This document shows, in pieces, positions 30,718-39,381 of a DNA stretch of 64,000 nt. Positions within the stretch are counted from its first letter, which is position 1; each line of letters begins with the position of its first letter. Source of the DNA: Nanobdellota archaeon. Lineage in GTDB: Archaea; Nanobdellota; Nanobdellia; Woesearchaeales; GW2011-AR4. The notes beneath the pieces were generated by a model. The model searched no databases. It was given only the letters and a program-made list of their open reading frames with translations, and was not told the DNA's origin. A program made the translations under genes and the position numbers. The stretch covers positions 129,009 to 193,008 of the forward strand of contig JBBSWH010000006.1 in the NCBI GenBank assembly GCA_038046385.1, read 5' to 3'.

Positions 30718-31755
30718 ATGGACAAAAAAGGATTTGAGATACAGTTCAACTGGATATTTGTTCTTGTGGCAGGCACAGCCATACTCCTGTTTTTTTCTGG
30801 GATAATAATAAAACAAAAAGATGTTTCAGAAACAACAACAAAAGCAGCTGTTTTGAAGAATGTCGATTCTATTATTGCTTCAAACAGCGCAAGAGAAGAC
30901 ATAACTACATCAACAGAAATTCCATTGTCTACAATAGAGATAAGCTGCAACAAAATCACATCCGGAAAAGTGGCAAAACAGTTTTCCAGATCAATTATCT
31001 TTTCACCTGAAAAATTAACAGGAACAAAATTATTTGCAACTTCAAGAGAATTTTCTGCGCCTTATAAGGCAGTCAATTTGCTTTTCATGTCGAATCCATA
31101 CATAAAATATGTGATAATAGGAAATAATAATGTAAATGAGCATATTGCAAGTGAAATCAACAAATCAATCCCAGATAAATGGAATAAGGAGTTTTACACA
31201 GCAATGCCCAATATAAAACATGAGGCAAACACAAAGTACAGGCTTATTTTTACGTCTTTATCACCTTCACAAACCCCCATATTTCCAAATGAGATACAAG
31301 GAATGCCGGACGATGATGTGACAGCACTGAAAGTGAATGGAGACATCCTTAAAGGAGATTTGACATTTTATTCAAAAAAAGGAGCATCATGGAAACTGCA
31401 AGGAAAATCAAGCTACATAACTAAAAATCTCCTTATGGGGGCAGTGTTCTCCGGGTCAAATGAAAATTATGAATGTTCTGCTGCAAATGCATTCTCAAGA
31501 ATGGCGCTTGTTTCTGGAATAAATTCAGACCGGGCTGGAAACTTATTGGCCAATGACCAAATTACAAATCCAGAATGCAAAGAAGAATATCAATATTCTA
31601 TCCAAAGTTTTAACAAAATAAAATTATCATCAGAATCAATTTCAACATCAGGAATAATATCAAAAAACAAAATAGATGAAATTTCAACGCAATCAGGGTT
31701 GCTTGAAGAATACAACCAAAAACTCAAGATACGCTCATGCCCATTAGTTTACTAA
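30718..31755 (+). CDS. Type IV pilin-like protein (large globular domain)
   Basis: MDKKG-FEIQFNWIFVLVAG class III leader. Confidence 0.8.
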   Translation: MDKKGFEIQFNWIFVLVAGTAILLFFSGIIIKQKDVSETTTKAAVLKNVDSIIASNSAREDITTSTEIPLSTIEISCNKITSGKVAKQFSRSIIFSPEKLTGTKLFATSREFSAPYKAVNLLFMSNPYIKYVIIGNNNVNEHIASEINKSIPDKWNKEFYTAMPNIKHEANTKYRLIFTSLSPSQTPIFPNEIQGMPDDDVTALKVNGDILKGDLTFYSKKGASWKLQGKSSYITKNLLMGAVFSGSNENYECSAANAFSRMALVSGINSDRAGNLLANDQITNPECKEEYQYSIQSFNKIKLSSESISTSGIISKNKIDEISTQSGLLEEYNQKLKIRSCPLVY

Positions 31756-31756
31756 A

Positions 31757-32233
31757 ATGAAAAAAAAGAAATCCCAAATACAGATTGGAGAAACCATATC
31801 GGTTATATTCGTTTTTTTTATATTGCTTTTGATAGGGTTCATGTTTTATGCAAAAGTTCTCAAGGGAAATGCCGCAATAGAGTCAGACGAGCTGGCGCAG
31901 TTAAGGTCTGTTGAGATTGCGCAGAGGGTTATGTTTCTTCCAGAGATGCAGTGCAGCACCGATGTGACTGACAGCAAGAACTGCATTGACAAACTGAAGG
32001 TAGAATCTGCAAAAAATGTAATGAACTTAAATGCAGTTGAATATTTTGACATATTGGGTTTTGCAAAAATAAAGATTCTTCAGGTGTATCCTTCATACGA
32101 GGAAACCGAAATCTATTCAAAGGACCTTTCGGATTTCAAGAACAAGTTCTCAACAAATGTGCCTGTTTCTATTTATGATCCTATAAAAAAAGAATATAAT
32201 TTTGGATTGGTGTCAATTGAAACGTACTCGTAA
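31757..32233 (+). CDS. Type IV pilin-like protein
   Basis: KKSQ-IQIGETISVIFVFFILL class III leader. Confidence 0.8.
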   Translation: MKKKKSQIQIGETISVIFVFFILLLIGFMFYAKVLKGNAAIESDELAQLRSVEIAQRVMFLPEMQCSTDVTDSKNCIDKLKVESAKNVMNLNAVEYFDILGFAKIKILQVYPSYEETEIYSKDLSDFKNKFSTNVPVSIYDPIKKEYNFGLVSIETYS

Positions 32234-32693
32234 AGGGCAGATGGAGATATTGGGATTGGCGATTGTTGTAGTTTTATTGCTTCTTGCTGCAACTTTTGTC
32301 ATAAGATTTCTGCTCACGAAGAAATCACCGGAATACAGGAAAAGCTTCATAAGTGCTGAACTTGCATCAGGAATGATAAACACTATTTTGAAGACAACAG
32401 CTACTTCATGCTCAAGGGCAACAATGAAGGACTTATTGGAGGACTGTGCGACTTCACAGTCACTTGTGTGCGAAGATGGGCAAGGAGCTTGTGATTATTT
32501 TGATGAGGCTGCCAACGGAATACTAATTCAGACTCTTAACAAATGGAACTACAAATATCAGTTTACAGCAGTAATTGGGCAGAATAGCCCTTTTGTCAGC
32601 ATCGGGAGCAAGTGCCTTTCGGAGAAAAAATCAGAAACTTATGTTGTGCCAAGCTCAATACCAATACAGGTTAAGCTTGATATTTGCGGATAG
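32217..32693 (+). CDS. Type IV pilin-like protein (probable TTG start at 32217)
   Basis: RKGQ-MEILGLAIVVVLLL class III leader. Confidence 0.8.
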   Translation: MKRTRKGQMEILGLAIVVVLLLLAATFVIRFLLTKKSPEYRKSFISAELASGMINTILKTTATSCSRATMKDLLEDCATSQSLVCEDGQGACDYFDEAANGILIQTLNKWNYKYQFTAVIGQNSPFVSIGSKCLSEKKSETYVVPSSIPIQVKLDICG

Positions 32694-32742
32694 TAGTTGT
32701 TAATGACCCATTTAGTTTATCCTTTGAGTTATTGAATGATAA

Positions 32743-32802
32743 TTCCGTCCTTCGGACAAACGTTACAGCTCGCTGGCACCATAACCAGCTCGCCATATAT
32801 TG
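32743..32802. repeat. 60-bp dispersed hairpin repeat, copy 2
   Basis: 58/60 identical to 18754-18813. Confidence 0.9.
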
Positions 32803-32924
32803 AACTAATCACAATCTTTATATTAAGGAAATCAAAGATTTTCTGATATAAATCTTCGAAATAGAACATTTCGATATATTTATATATAACCAATCCGATA
32901 AAACATTATCAAAGAGGTGTCAAT

Positions 32925-33185
32925 ATGAAAAAAGCGCAGGGAATTTCAATCAACGTCATTATTATAGCAGCAATCGCACTTGCTGTTTTAGTAGTTCTAT
33001 TTGCCATATTTACAGGCAGAATAGGCGGATTTTCAAAGGGGGTGTCTGAAACAGACACATGCGCGCAGAAATGCTCTGCTTTAAACATGCAGAAGCTTGG
33101 GGATATAGGCCCAGGAGAATGCAGCGGAACCCCAATAGGCGGAAAGTACTCTGACACGCCAACCAACGGATGCTGCTGCGGTTAG
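32925..33185 (+). CDS. Small pilin (major pilin candidate)
   Basis: MKKAQG-ISINVIIIAAIALAVLVVL; Cys-rich C-terminus; own TTTATATA box about 45 nt upstream and GAGGTG RBS. Confidence 0.85.
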   Translation: MKKAQGISINVIIIAAIALAVLVVLFAIFTGRIGGFSKGVSETDTCAQKCSALNMQKLGDIGPGECSGTPIGGKYSDTPTNGCCCG

Positions 33186-33227
33186 CAATACAAAATATTT
33201 ATATAGTGAGTTCTTTAGTATTTTTGT

Positions 33228-33488
33228 ATGATTAGCAGGAAAGCTCAAGGCATGCCGCTTAATGTAATAATAATAGCAGCATTGGGGCTGATTGTTCTTG
33301 TTATTCTTGCAGTAATGTTTTCTGGAGAGAGCAAGAAGTTTTCAGCAGGAATAAGCAGCTGTGCAGCAAAACAAGGAACTTGCCAACAAAAAGCATGCGA
33401 TGACGAACAGGTAACAATTAATGGAGTATGCCCTGAAAAAGGACAATCGACAGATTTGAAATACTGCTGCGCAAAAGTTCTTGGTTAA
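33228..33488 (+). CDS. Small pilin (paralog of preceding gene)
   Basis: RKAQG-MPLNVIIIAALGLIVLVIL; Cys-rich; own TTTATATA box upstream. Confidence 0.85.
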   Translation: MISRKAQGMPLNVIIIAALGLIVLVILAVMFSGESKKFSAGISSCAAKQGTCQQKACDDEQVTINGVCPEKGQSTDLKYCCAKVLG

Positions 33489-33489
33489 A

Positions 33490-33603
33490 ATGTTAAAGAA
33501 ATCTCAGATAGACAGTGTTATGATATGGATTATAGGAATCGCTCTTGGATTACTGTTTTTTTATGGAATATGGAAGGCACTGACAAATGGACTTAGCCCG
33601 TGA
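33490..33603 (+). CDS. 37-aa micro-pilin (not in ORF track)
   Basis: MLKKSQ-IDSVMIWIIGIALGLLFFYGIWKALTNGLSP*; starts 2 nt after the previous stop and overlaps the next gene. Confidence 0.7.
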   Translation: MLKKSQIDSVMIWIIGIALGLLFFYGIWKALTNGLSP

Positions 33604-34705
33604 CAAGAAAGGAATGGAACTTTCAACTATAATTGAAATAATTCTGGTAGTTGTGGCAGCGGGCCTTATAATCGGTGTTTTTACGCTTGCGTCAAACAAA
33701 GCAGATGAAAAAACATCAGAGATATTATGCAGAGGATTCAATTCTGTAAGGTTTTTAACCAAAATAGATAAAGGCCCTCTTTCGTTTAATGTAGCTCCGA
33801 ATGCGTGCAAGACAATTGATGTCAAAGACTTGCCGACAAAGGCTTATGCGACTTCTACCGATGTAAGCGCATTGAAGCAAAGCATGGCATACCAAATAAG
33901 GGATATGGCGACAAAGTGCTGGTGGATGTGGCTTGAAGGAAGGCAGACTAATATGTTCAGCACATCGACATTATCTTTTGAAAACAAGTGCTTTGTATGC
34001 TATACTTTTTCAATTGACAAAGACACGGGATTCATTCCAGTTGAAACTTTCTATAAATCCCTAAATGATCCTTACTTTGCATCAGACACTTCTGACAAAT
34101 GTGCTTCTGGCGGCGGAGGGAAGTGCATGGAAAAATGCGAAGGGGATTACCCAAAAGACACTTCATCTTCAAAATGCCAGCCTGACCAGAAATGCTGCGT
34201 CGCAGACAATGAATGCGAAAGCAAAGGGGGAAAATGCGCAGAAACATACCCTGACGGCGGTGGATATGTTGAATTCAACAAATGGCCTTGCAAGAGCGGA
34301 AAAACATGCTATGTGCCATCAGGAGTTTCAGGAACATATTTTGATTATATACAGGGCACAAAAGGAGAAGGCGGATTGGGTTTTATTGTACAGCCGGATG
34401 ATATGAACACTTTCGACAGCAATAATTATTATGCAATAACTTTTGTAAGTCCAGGAAACCATGCAAATTTAGATACATTTGGGTATGGGACTGTCACGGC
34501 AGTTTTAGGGGCAGGAACATTAGCAGCAACATGGTTTTCTCCAATAGGAAAAGCAAATATTTTGGCAGGAGGTTCAACATTAACTGCTGTGGAATATAAA
34601 ATGACGCAAAAATCAGGCGATGCAAATGCCAACTATCTTTATATATCAAAGTATGATGATGTGAAAGGAAAGTGCCTTGCGGAGACAGGGGCAGGACAGA
34701 AATGA
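33587..34705 (+). CDS. Type IV pilin-like protein, Cys-rich
   Basis: DKKG-MELSTIIEIILVVVAAG leader; repeated C...GG.C units; second hydrophobic segment near the C-terminus. Confidence 0.8.
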   Translation: MDLARDKKGMELSTIIEIILVVVAAGLIIGVFTLASNKADEKTSEILCRGFNSVRFLTKIDKGPLSFNVAPNACKTIDVKDLPTKAYATSTDVSALKQSMAYQIRDMATKCWWMWLEGRQTNMFSTSTLSFENKCFVCYTFSIDKDTGFIPVETFYKSLNDPYFASDTSDKCASGGGGKCMEKCEGDYPKDTSSSKCQPDQKCCVADNECESKGGKCAETYPDGGGYVEFNKWPCKSGKTCYVPSGVSGTYFDYIQGTKGEGGLGFIVQPDDMNTFDSNNYYAITFVSPGNHANLDTFGYGTVTAVLGAGTLAATWFSPIGKANILAGGSTLTAVEYKMTQKSGDANANYLYISKYDDVKGKCLAETGAGQK

Positions 34706-34842
34706 AATCAAAGAAAGCAGAACTTATAGAAGGAAAATTGATTACAATAATTTTGATACTTGTATTCCTTGCAATCGCAATAGGAATCTCAATCATCTTC
34801 AAGGATAAAATGTCATCAATAATATCATCAATATTCGGGTGA
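34702..34842 (+). CDS. 46-aa micro-pilin (not in ORF track)
   Basis: MKSKKA-ELIEGKLITIILILVFLAIAIGISIIFKDKMSSIISSIFG*; ATGA overlap with the upstream stop. Confidence 0.7.
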   Translation: MKSKKAELIEGKLITIILILVFLAIAIGISIIFKDKMSSIISSIFG

Positions 34843-34846
34843 ACAA

Positions 34847-35635
34847 ATGCCAGAAACTCTTATAGGAAAAATTGTATTATGGGGGTCTTTGCTTCTGTTC
34901 GTTGGCATATTCGCTTATGTTTTTTATTCAGATGAGGGGTTGCTAAAGACTATTGCAAACCTTGCATTGAAGACAGAAAGATTTCTTCCGTTTGGCACAG
35001 ACAAGGACGTTGGAACTACGACTGCAATTAACACAGCAGTTTTGGCATCCCATCTAAAATTTTCTGAAGAAGTTGATAAGTACGCTGCAAACTATGGGTG
35101 TCTGATTGATGCAGACTTTTCAGCTTTTGACGGATATACATTAGAGATATCAAATTCAGCAGGAAAAATAACATCAACAATATTAAAACCAGTTAATGAA
35201 AAAGGATTAATAGACAACAGCGGATTCTTGAGATTAAGGCAGAAAACTGTTGAGAGCAACACTAAGATATGCATGGTAAATCCAGACGTATTTGTTAAAT
35301 GTTATAATGAAAATCAAGGATGCACTTCTTCAAGCCTTTTTGTATCTGCTGACAAGCTTAAAGTCACAAAAGACAAAGTTTTATTCGGAGACCAATCTCA
35401 TAATTACGCAAATGGAATACTTTTCAAGCCGGCACAGGATGAAGTTTGCTTTATACCGACACATTCAGGAGCATTCACATGGTTTGGATGCGATGCGGAT
35501 GCAGCAACCATGGATGATGATTGTTTGAATTTTATAAAATCAAAAGTTCCAAAATGCTCGACAGGAAATGGAAATATTCCTGCGCCGAATGTAAACGCAA
35601 GAGCAGCAGCAGATGCAACAGCAACATCGAGATAA
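34847..35635 (+). CDS. Membrane-anchored Cys-containing protein in pilin locus
   Basis: N-terminal TM helix without a basic class III leader. Confidence 0.65.
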   Translation: MPETLIGKIVLWGSLLLFVGIFAYVFYSDEGLLKTIANLALKTERFLPFGTDKDVGTTTAINTAVLASHLKFSEEVDKYAANYGCLIDADFSAFDGYTLEISNSAGKITSTILKPVNEKGLIDNSGFLRLRQKTVESNTKICMVNPDVFVKCYNENQGCTSSSLFVSADKLKVTKDKVLFGDQSHNYANGILFKPAQDEVCFIPTHSGAFTWFGCDADAATMDDDCLNFIKSKVPKCSTGNGNIPAPNVNARAAADATATSR

Positions 35636-35636
35636 A

Positions 35637-35924
35637 ATGAAATCAAAAAAAGGAGCAGAAGGAATAATCTGGATTGTGATAGTTTTTGTTCTTCTTTTAT
35701 TGTTTATGTTTATTTACACAGGGATATGGACAAAGCTATTTGGGAAGGGCGCAAAAGGAATTGGCGATCAGATTGATGCAACATCGAATGATCATGACAG
35801 CGACGGAATTGCCGATTTTGCAGACAGATGCCCGTGCGGCGGAAGTGACGGTCAGCCGGAATACAACGGATGCACGAAGACTAGTGATGATAAAGAAAAA
35901 AGCGACAGAACATGCTTAAAATGA
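35637..35924 (+). CDS. Pilin-like protein with TSP3-type Ca-binding repeat
   Basis: MKSKKG-AEGIIWIVIVFVLL; DHDSDGIADFADRCP. Confidence 0.8.
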   Translation: MKSKKGAEGIIWIVIVFVLLLLFMFIYTGIWTKLFGKGAKGIGDQIDATSNDHDSDGIADFADRCPCGGSDGQPEYNGCTKTSDDKEKSDRTCLK

Positions 35925-36598
35925 ATTCTAAAAAAGCATTTACTATGGCAGAGGCTTTGATGAGAATAACCATAGCTGCAGTTTTGCTGTTTATTGTCTT
36001 TAAGTTTGGAAAGGGAGTTGCAGATTCCTTATCTGGAGGAAACGACGCATTGAATTCTTTTGAAAGCCTTGCAAATGAGATGAATTCGCATGAGAATTGG
36101 ATTGAAAAGCAAACACTGCTTTCTTTAGATTCGGATACTGCAGTATTCGGCTTTTCCAAAACCGGAAACTTTGAGTGTTACGGATGCGGAAACCTGGATA
36201 AAGGCAAGCTAAGGAGCTTTTTTACAAGGCCACAGAATGAAGAGTGCAAGGACAGCGCATGTGTATGCTTATGCTCATCCCCTTCTGTGCCTCCTGACTC
36301 GCCTCTCTCAGAGTCATTGGAAATAAAATGCAAAAAGATGTCATGCAGGAAAACAAATTACGAAATATCCAGCGGATATGAAGTTAAAAGGTTCTTCAAG
36401 TCAATTTCAGCTAGTGATACAGCTTCATGGAAAAATGGATTTGTATATGCAAGGGATATAGAGGACAACACAGTTCCTATAACGGGCATGCCTAGGAACA
36501 AAGAAAGAATAACATCTCTTTTCCTTGAAAGAAAAACAGCTAACGGGATAAATTATATAGGAGTATGCCCTGTTAAGCCATGCATAGAGCAAAACTAA
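35921..36598 (+). CDS. Type IV pilin-like protein
   Basis: MNSKKA-FTMAEALMRITIAAVLL (bacterial-like F1/E5 pattern). Confidence 0.8.
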   Translation: MNSKKAFTMAEALMRITIAAVLLFIVFKFGKGVADSLSGGNDALNSFESLANEMNSHENWIEKQTLLSLDSDTAVFGFSKTGNFECYGCGNLDKGKLRSFFTRPQNEECKDSACVCLCSSPSVPPDSPLSESLEIKCKKMSCRKTNYEISSGYEVKRFFKSISASDTASWKNGFVYARDIEDNTVPITGMPRNKERITSLFLERKTANGINYIGVCPVKPCIEQN

Positions 36599-36789
36599 TA
36601 TAAACCCTTAATTCGAGTTCTATACAATGTCGAAAATATATTCTCAGCATATAAATGGCAGACGTAAGCTGAATATAATTGCAAAAGACAATATATTTTC
36701 GAGCACGATCAAAAACCACAGACAATTTAATAAACAGATACGAGCATTTCAAAATATATACTATTTAACCACAAAAGGTGGTTTTTGAC

Positions 36790-37251
36790 ATGCAAAAAAG
36801 AGGGCAGCTTGTAAACAAGGCACTTATAGTTCTGATAGTATCTGCAATAGTCGTTATTGCATTCATATCTGCAGGAAAGTCTTTTGGATCTGGAGATGCA
36901 TATTACAAGCTGGCTGTCGCAAAAGATTTGGCACTTTCGGTTGATTTGATAAGCGGGATGCCGGGCGATGTTGTATTTACATATCCAAATGATGTTTCCG
37001 GATATGATATTGAAGTCAAGAAGAATTTAATCTTAGTTTATGGCAATAAGCTTGGCAAGCTCGACCCTGTTAAGGCAACTTACAGTTTCTCAAGTGTTGG
37101 CCAGATTGAAGATGTTTACATAAAGAATGCAAAATATGTTACTATAGAAAAAACAGGCAATAAGATTATACTGAAAGAATCAACACTTTTTGCAGGATTT
37201 GGAGGATCCGGAGCATTTTCTGGCAAAGGTTCAAGCGGAGTTATTCAATGA
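36790..37251 (+). CDS. Type IV pilin-like protein
   Basis: MQKRG-QLVNKALIVLIVSAIVV. Confidence 0.75.
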   Translation: MQKRGQLVNKALIVLIVSAIVVIAFISAGKSFGSGDAYYKLAVAKDLALSVDLISGMPGDVVFTYPNDVSGYDIEVKKNLILVYGNKLGKLDPVKATYSFSSVGQIEDVYIKNAKYVTIEKTGNKIILKESTLFAGFGGSGAFSGKGSSGVIQ

Positions 37252-37739
37252 AAACAAATAAAATATTTTCATCGAAAAGAGCAACAGAGCTGTGGGCAGC
37301 AGACACATTTTTGTGGTGGATAGTGTTCATAATTGCTGTCGGCTTTGCAGCAATCGGATTTTCTATTTTCACATATCAAATTGGATCCCAGCAGGCGCAG
37401 ATAAGGGAGAATTTAGAGTCTTATTACCTCATGCAGCGCTTTACAAAAGTTTCTGAATGCTTTGCATACAACCCAGAAGGAATTATAATCCCAAATACAA
37501 TAGACTTGGCTAAATTTACAGATTCAAAACTTCAAACCTGCTACGATTCTGAAAGCGCAAAGATGCCGGCTTTCAAGCTGACGCTTGTTACAGACAAGAC
37601 CGCTTTAATAATGACAAAAAACTGGAATGATAAAAGAGAGGCAGAACTAACATTAGCTTCGCAACCGGTTTTGGTCTATTCAGGCGCAAAAACATCAAAA
37701 GGAGAGTTAAAAATTGAAATACAAAATCTTCAGAAATAA
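37248..37739 (+). CDS. Type IV pilin-like protein
   Basis: SKRA-TELWAADTFLWWIVFIIAVG. Confidence 0.7.
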   Translation: MKTNKIFSSKRATELWAADTFLWWIVFIIAVGFAAIGFSIFTYQIGSQQAQIRENLESYYLMQRFTKVSECFAYNPEGIIIPNTIDLAKFTDSKLQTCYDSESAKMPAFKLTLVTDKTALIMTKNWNDKREAELTLASQPVLVYSGAKTSKGELKIEIQNLQK

Positions 37740-38232
37740 ACGAGCAATAGGCATAGACGATGCAATTCCCGTAATAGTAATCATATTCGTGGTTGCAATA
37801 ATGTTCATGCTTTTCAAATTTAATGAGCATTCAAAAGAAAAAGATATAGCGAATAATATACAAAATCAGAAAGACATAATCGATGGGCATGAAGTTCTTG
37901 TTGGGTATTTAACAAAAACAGATTCAAGCGGAAAAAATAATGCAGATTTGCTGATGGAAGCATATCTTAACAAAGATGATTCTGTTAAAAGCAAAGTTAA
38001 GGACTATTTCTCCGCAAAACTCTTGCATCTTACCGGATGGGAAGTGCAAATTTCAGATTCTCAAAATAAAGTTTTTTTCTCTGTAAATGGGGGATCTTAT
38101 GACAGTTCACAGCTTAAGAATGCAGTTACAGAGTCAATAATACCGGCAAGAAACGGGAATTATCTGAGAATAACGCTGAATTACGGAAGAGGAAAGGCGC
38201 AGAGCATGTATGCGAACGCAAAGAACGGTTAA
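37714..38232 (+). CDS. Type IV pilin-like protein
   Basis: NKRA-IGIDDAIPVIVIIFVV. Confidence 0.7.
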   Translation: MKYKIFRNKRAIGIDDAIPVIVIIFVVAIMFMLFKFNEHSKEKDIANNIQNQKDIIDGHEVLVGYLTKTDSSGKNNADLLMEAYLNKDDSVKSKVKDYFSAKLLHLTGWEVQISDSQNKVFFSVNGGSYDSSQLKNAVTESIIPARNGNYLRITLNYGRGKAQSMYANAKNG

Positions 38233-38233
38233 A

Positions 38234-39379
38234 ATGTTCAACAACAAAAAAGGAATAGGGTTGGAGTGGTATTTCCTTATCATAGCTTTATTCTTGGGGA
38301 TAATCTGGTTTTACATAGCGATGCAGAATGCAAGAACAATCTCAAATTATGTTGGAGAATATCAGTTTTCAATTCTGAAAACAGCGAACGAAGCCGAAAA
38401 TATTATTTTTTACATAGGTCAGTCTGCAAAATATTCTCTGGAGCAGGCGATTTACGACTTGGCCAGCAATGGGGGAATTTCAGAAGGCGAGCCTGGAGCT
38501 TCAATGAAATCAGATGATTTCTACAACGCAAACCCCTCTGACAGGTGCGGCAAATTTAACGGCTACAATGTCTGGATGCAGTTTCAGAGAAATGAAAACG
38601 GAGTGCAGGTTAATGACTGCTTTGATGCAGATGCAGTCGATTCAGATTTAGAAGTATATTTCGACAAAAACCTCAACAGCCATTTGGGAAAATACACTTT
38701 TGATATTCCAAGAGACTATCAATACAAGTTCAGCGGAGCAACAGAAGTTACAGGAATTGCATCATACCCTCTTATTTTTGACATTTCAAATATAAAAACA
38801 GCAACACAGCAAAAGCCAACACTGACAACCGGAGCAAATACTCCTGTGACAACAAAGCCGGGAATACCCGTTTCACAGATTTATTTTGGAAAATTAAATG
38901 ATTTCACAAATAAGAGATCAAGCAGCATAGCAGTTGAAAAGATAATTCTTCACCATACGGGGGACAGTGCAGCGTCGCAGACGTTTGCAACGCTGAAACA
39001 GAGGAAGTTATCGGTGCATTACATAACAGACAGAGACGGCACAATCTACTATGTTGTTGATGAAAGCTTAACGGCGTGGCACGCCATTGGCCAGAATGCA
39101 GATTCAATCGGAATAGAGATTGTGAACAATGCAAAAGCAGTCACAAAATACACCGATGCACAATATGAATCAATAAACAAATTGATTAAGGATATATCCA
39201 GCAGATGGCCTAACATAAAGATTGACAATAATCACATATTTGCGCATTATCAAACTGACCCAAAAAAGGAGAAATGGGATCCTTCTCCAAATTTTGACTG
39301 GTCAAAGATTGAATTAACGGATCACCAGACGCTTGCTGACTTGGGAAGAAATGCTCCAGCAGGGATGGGGTACACTTAA
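38234..39379 (+). CDS. Pilin-like protein fused to N-acetylmuramoyl-L-alanine amidase (Amidase_2, AmpD/AmiD-like)
   Basis: MFNNKKG-IGLEWYFLIIALFLG leader; T/P-rich linker; IILHHT, SVHYI, AWHAIG, SIGIEIVN, YTDAQY, FAH, KWDPSPNFDW. Confidence 0.88.
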   Translation: MFNNKKGIGLEWYFLIIALFLGIIWFYIAMQNARTISNYVGEYQFSILKTANEAENIIFYIGQSAKYSLEQAIYDLASNGGISEGEPGASMKSDDFYNANPSDRCGKFNGYNVWMQFQRNENGVQVNDCFDADAVDSDLEVYFDKNLNSHLGKYTFDIPRDYQYKFSGATEVTGIASYPLIFDISNIKTATQQKPTLTTGANTPVTTKPGIPVSQIYFGKLNDFTNKRSSSIAVEKIILHHTGDSAASQTFATLKQRKLSVHYITDRDGTIYYVVDESLTAWHAIGQNADSIGIEIVNNAKAVTKYTDAQYESINKLIKDISSRWPNIKIDNNHIFAHYQTDPKKEKWDPSPNFDWSKIELTDHQTLADLGRNAPAGMGYT

Positions 39380-39381
39380 AA

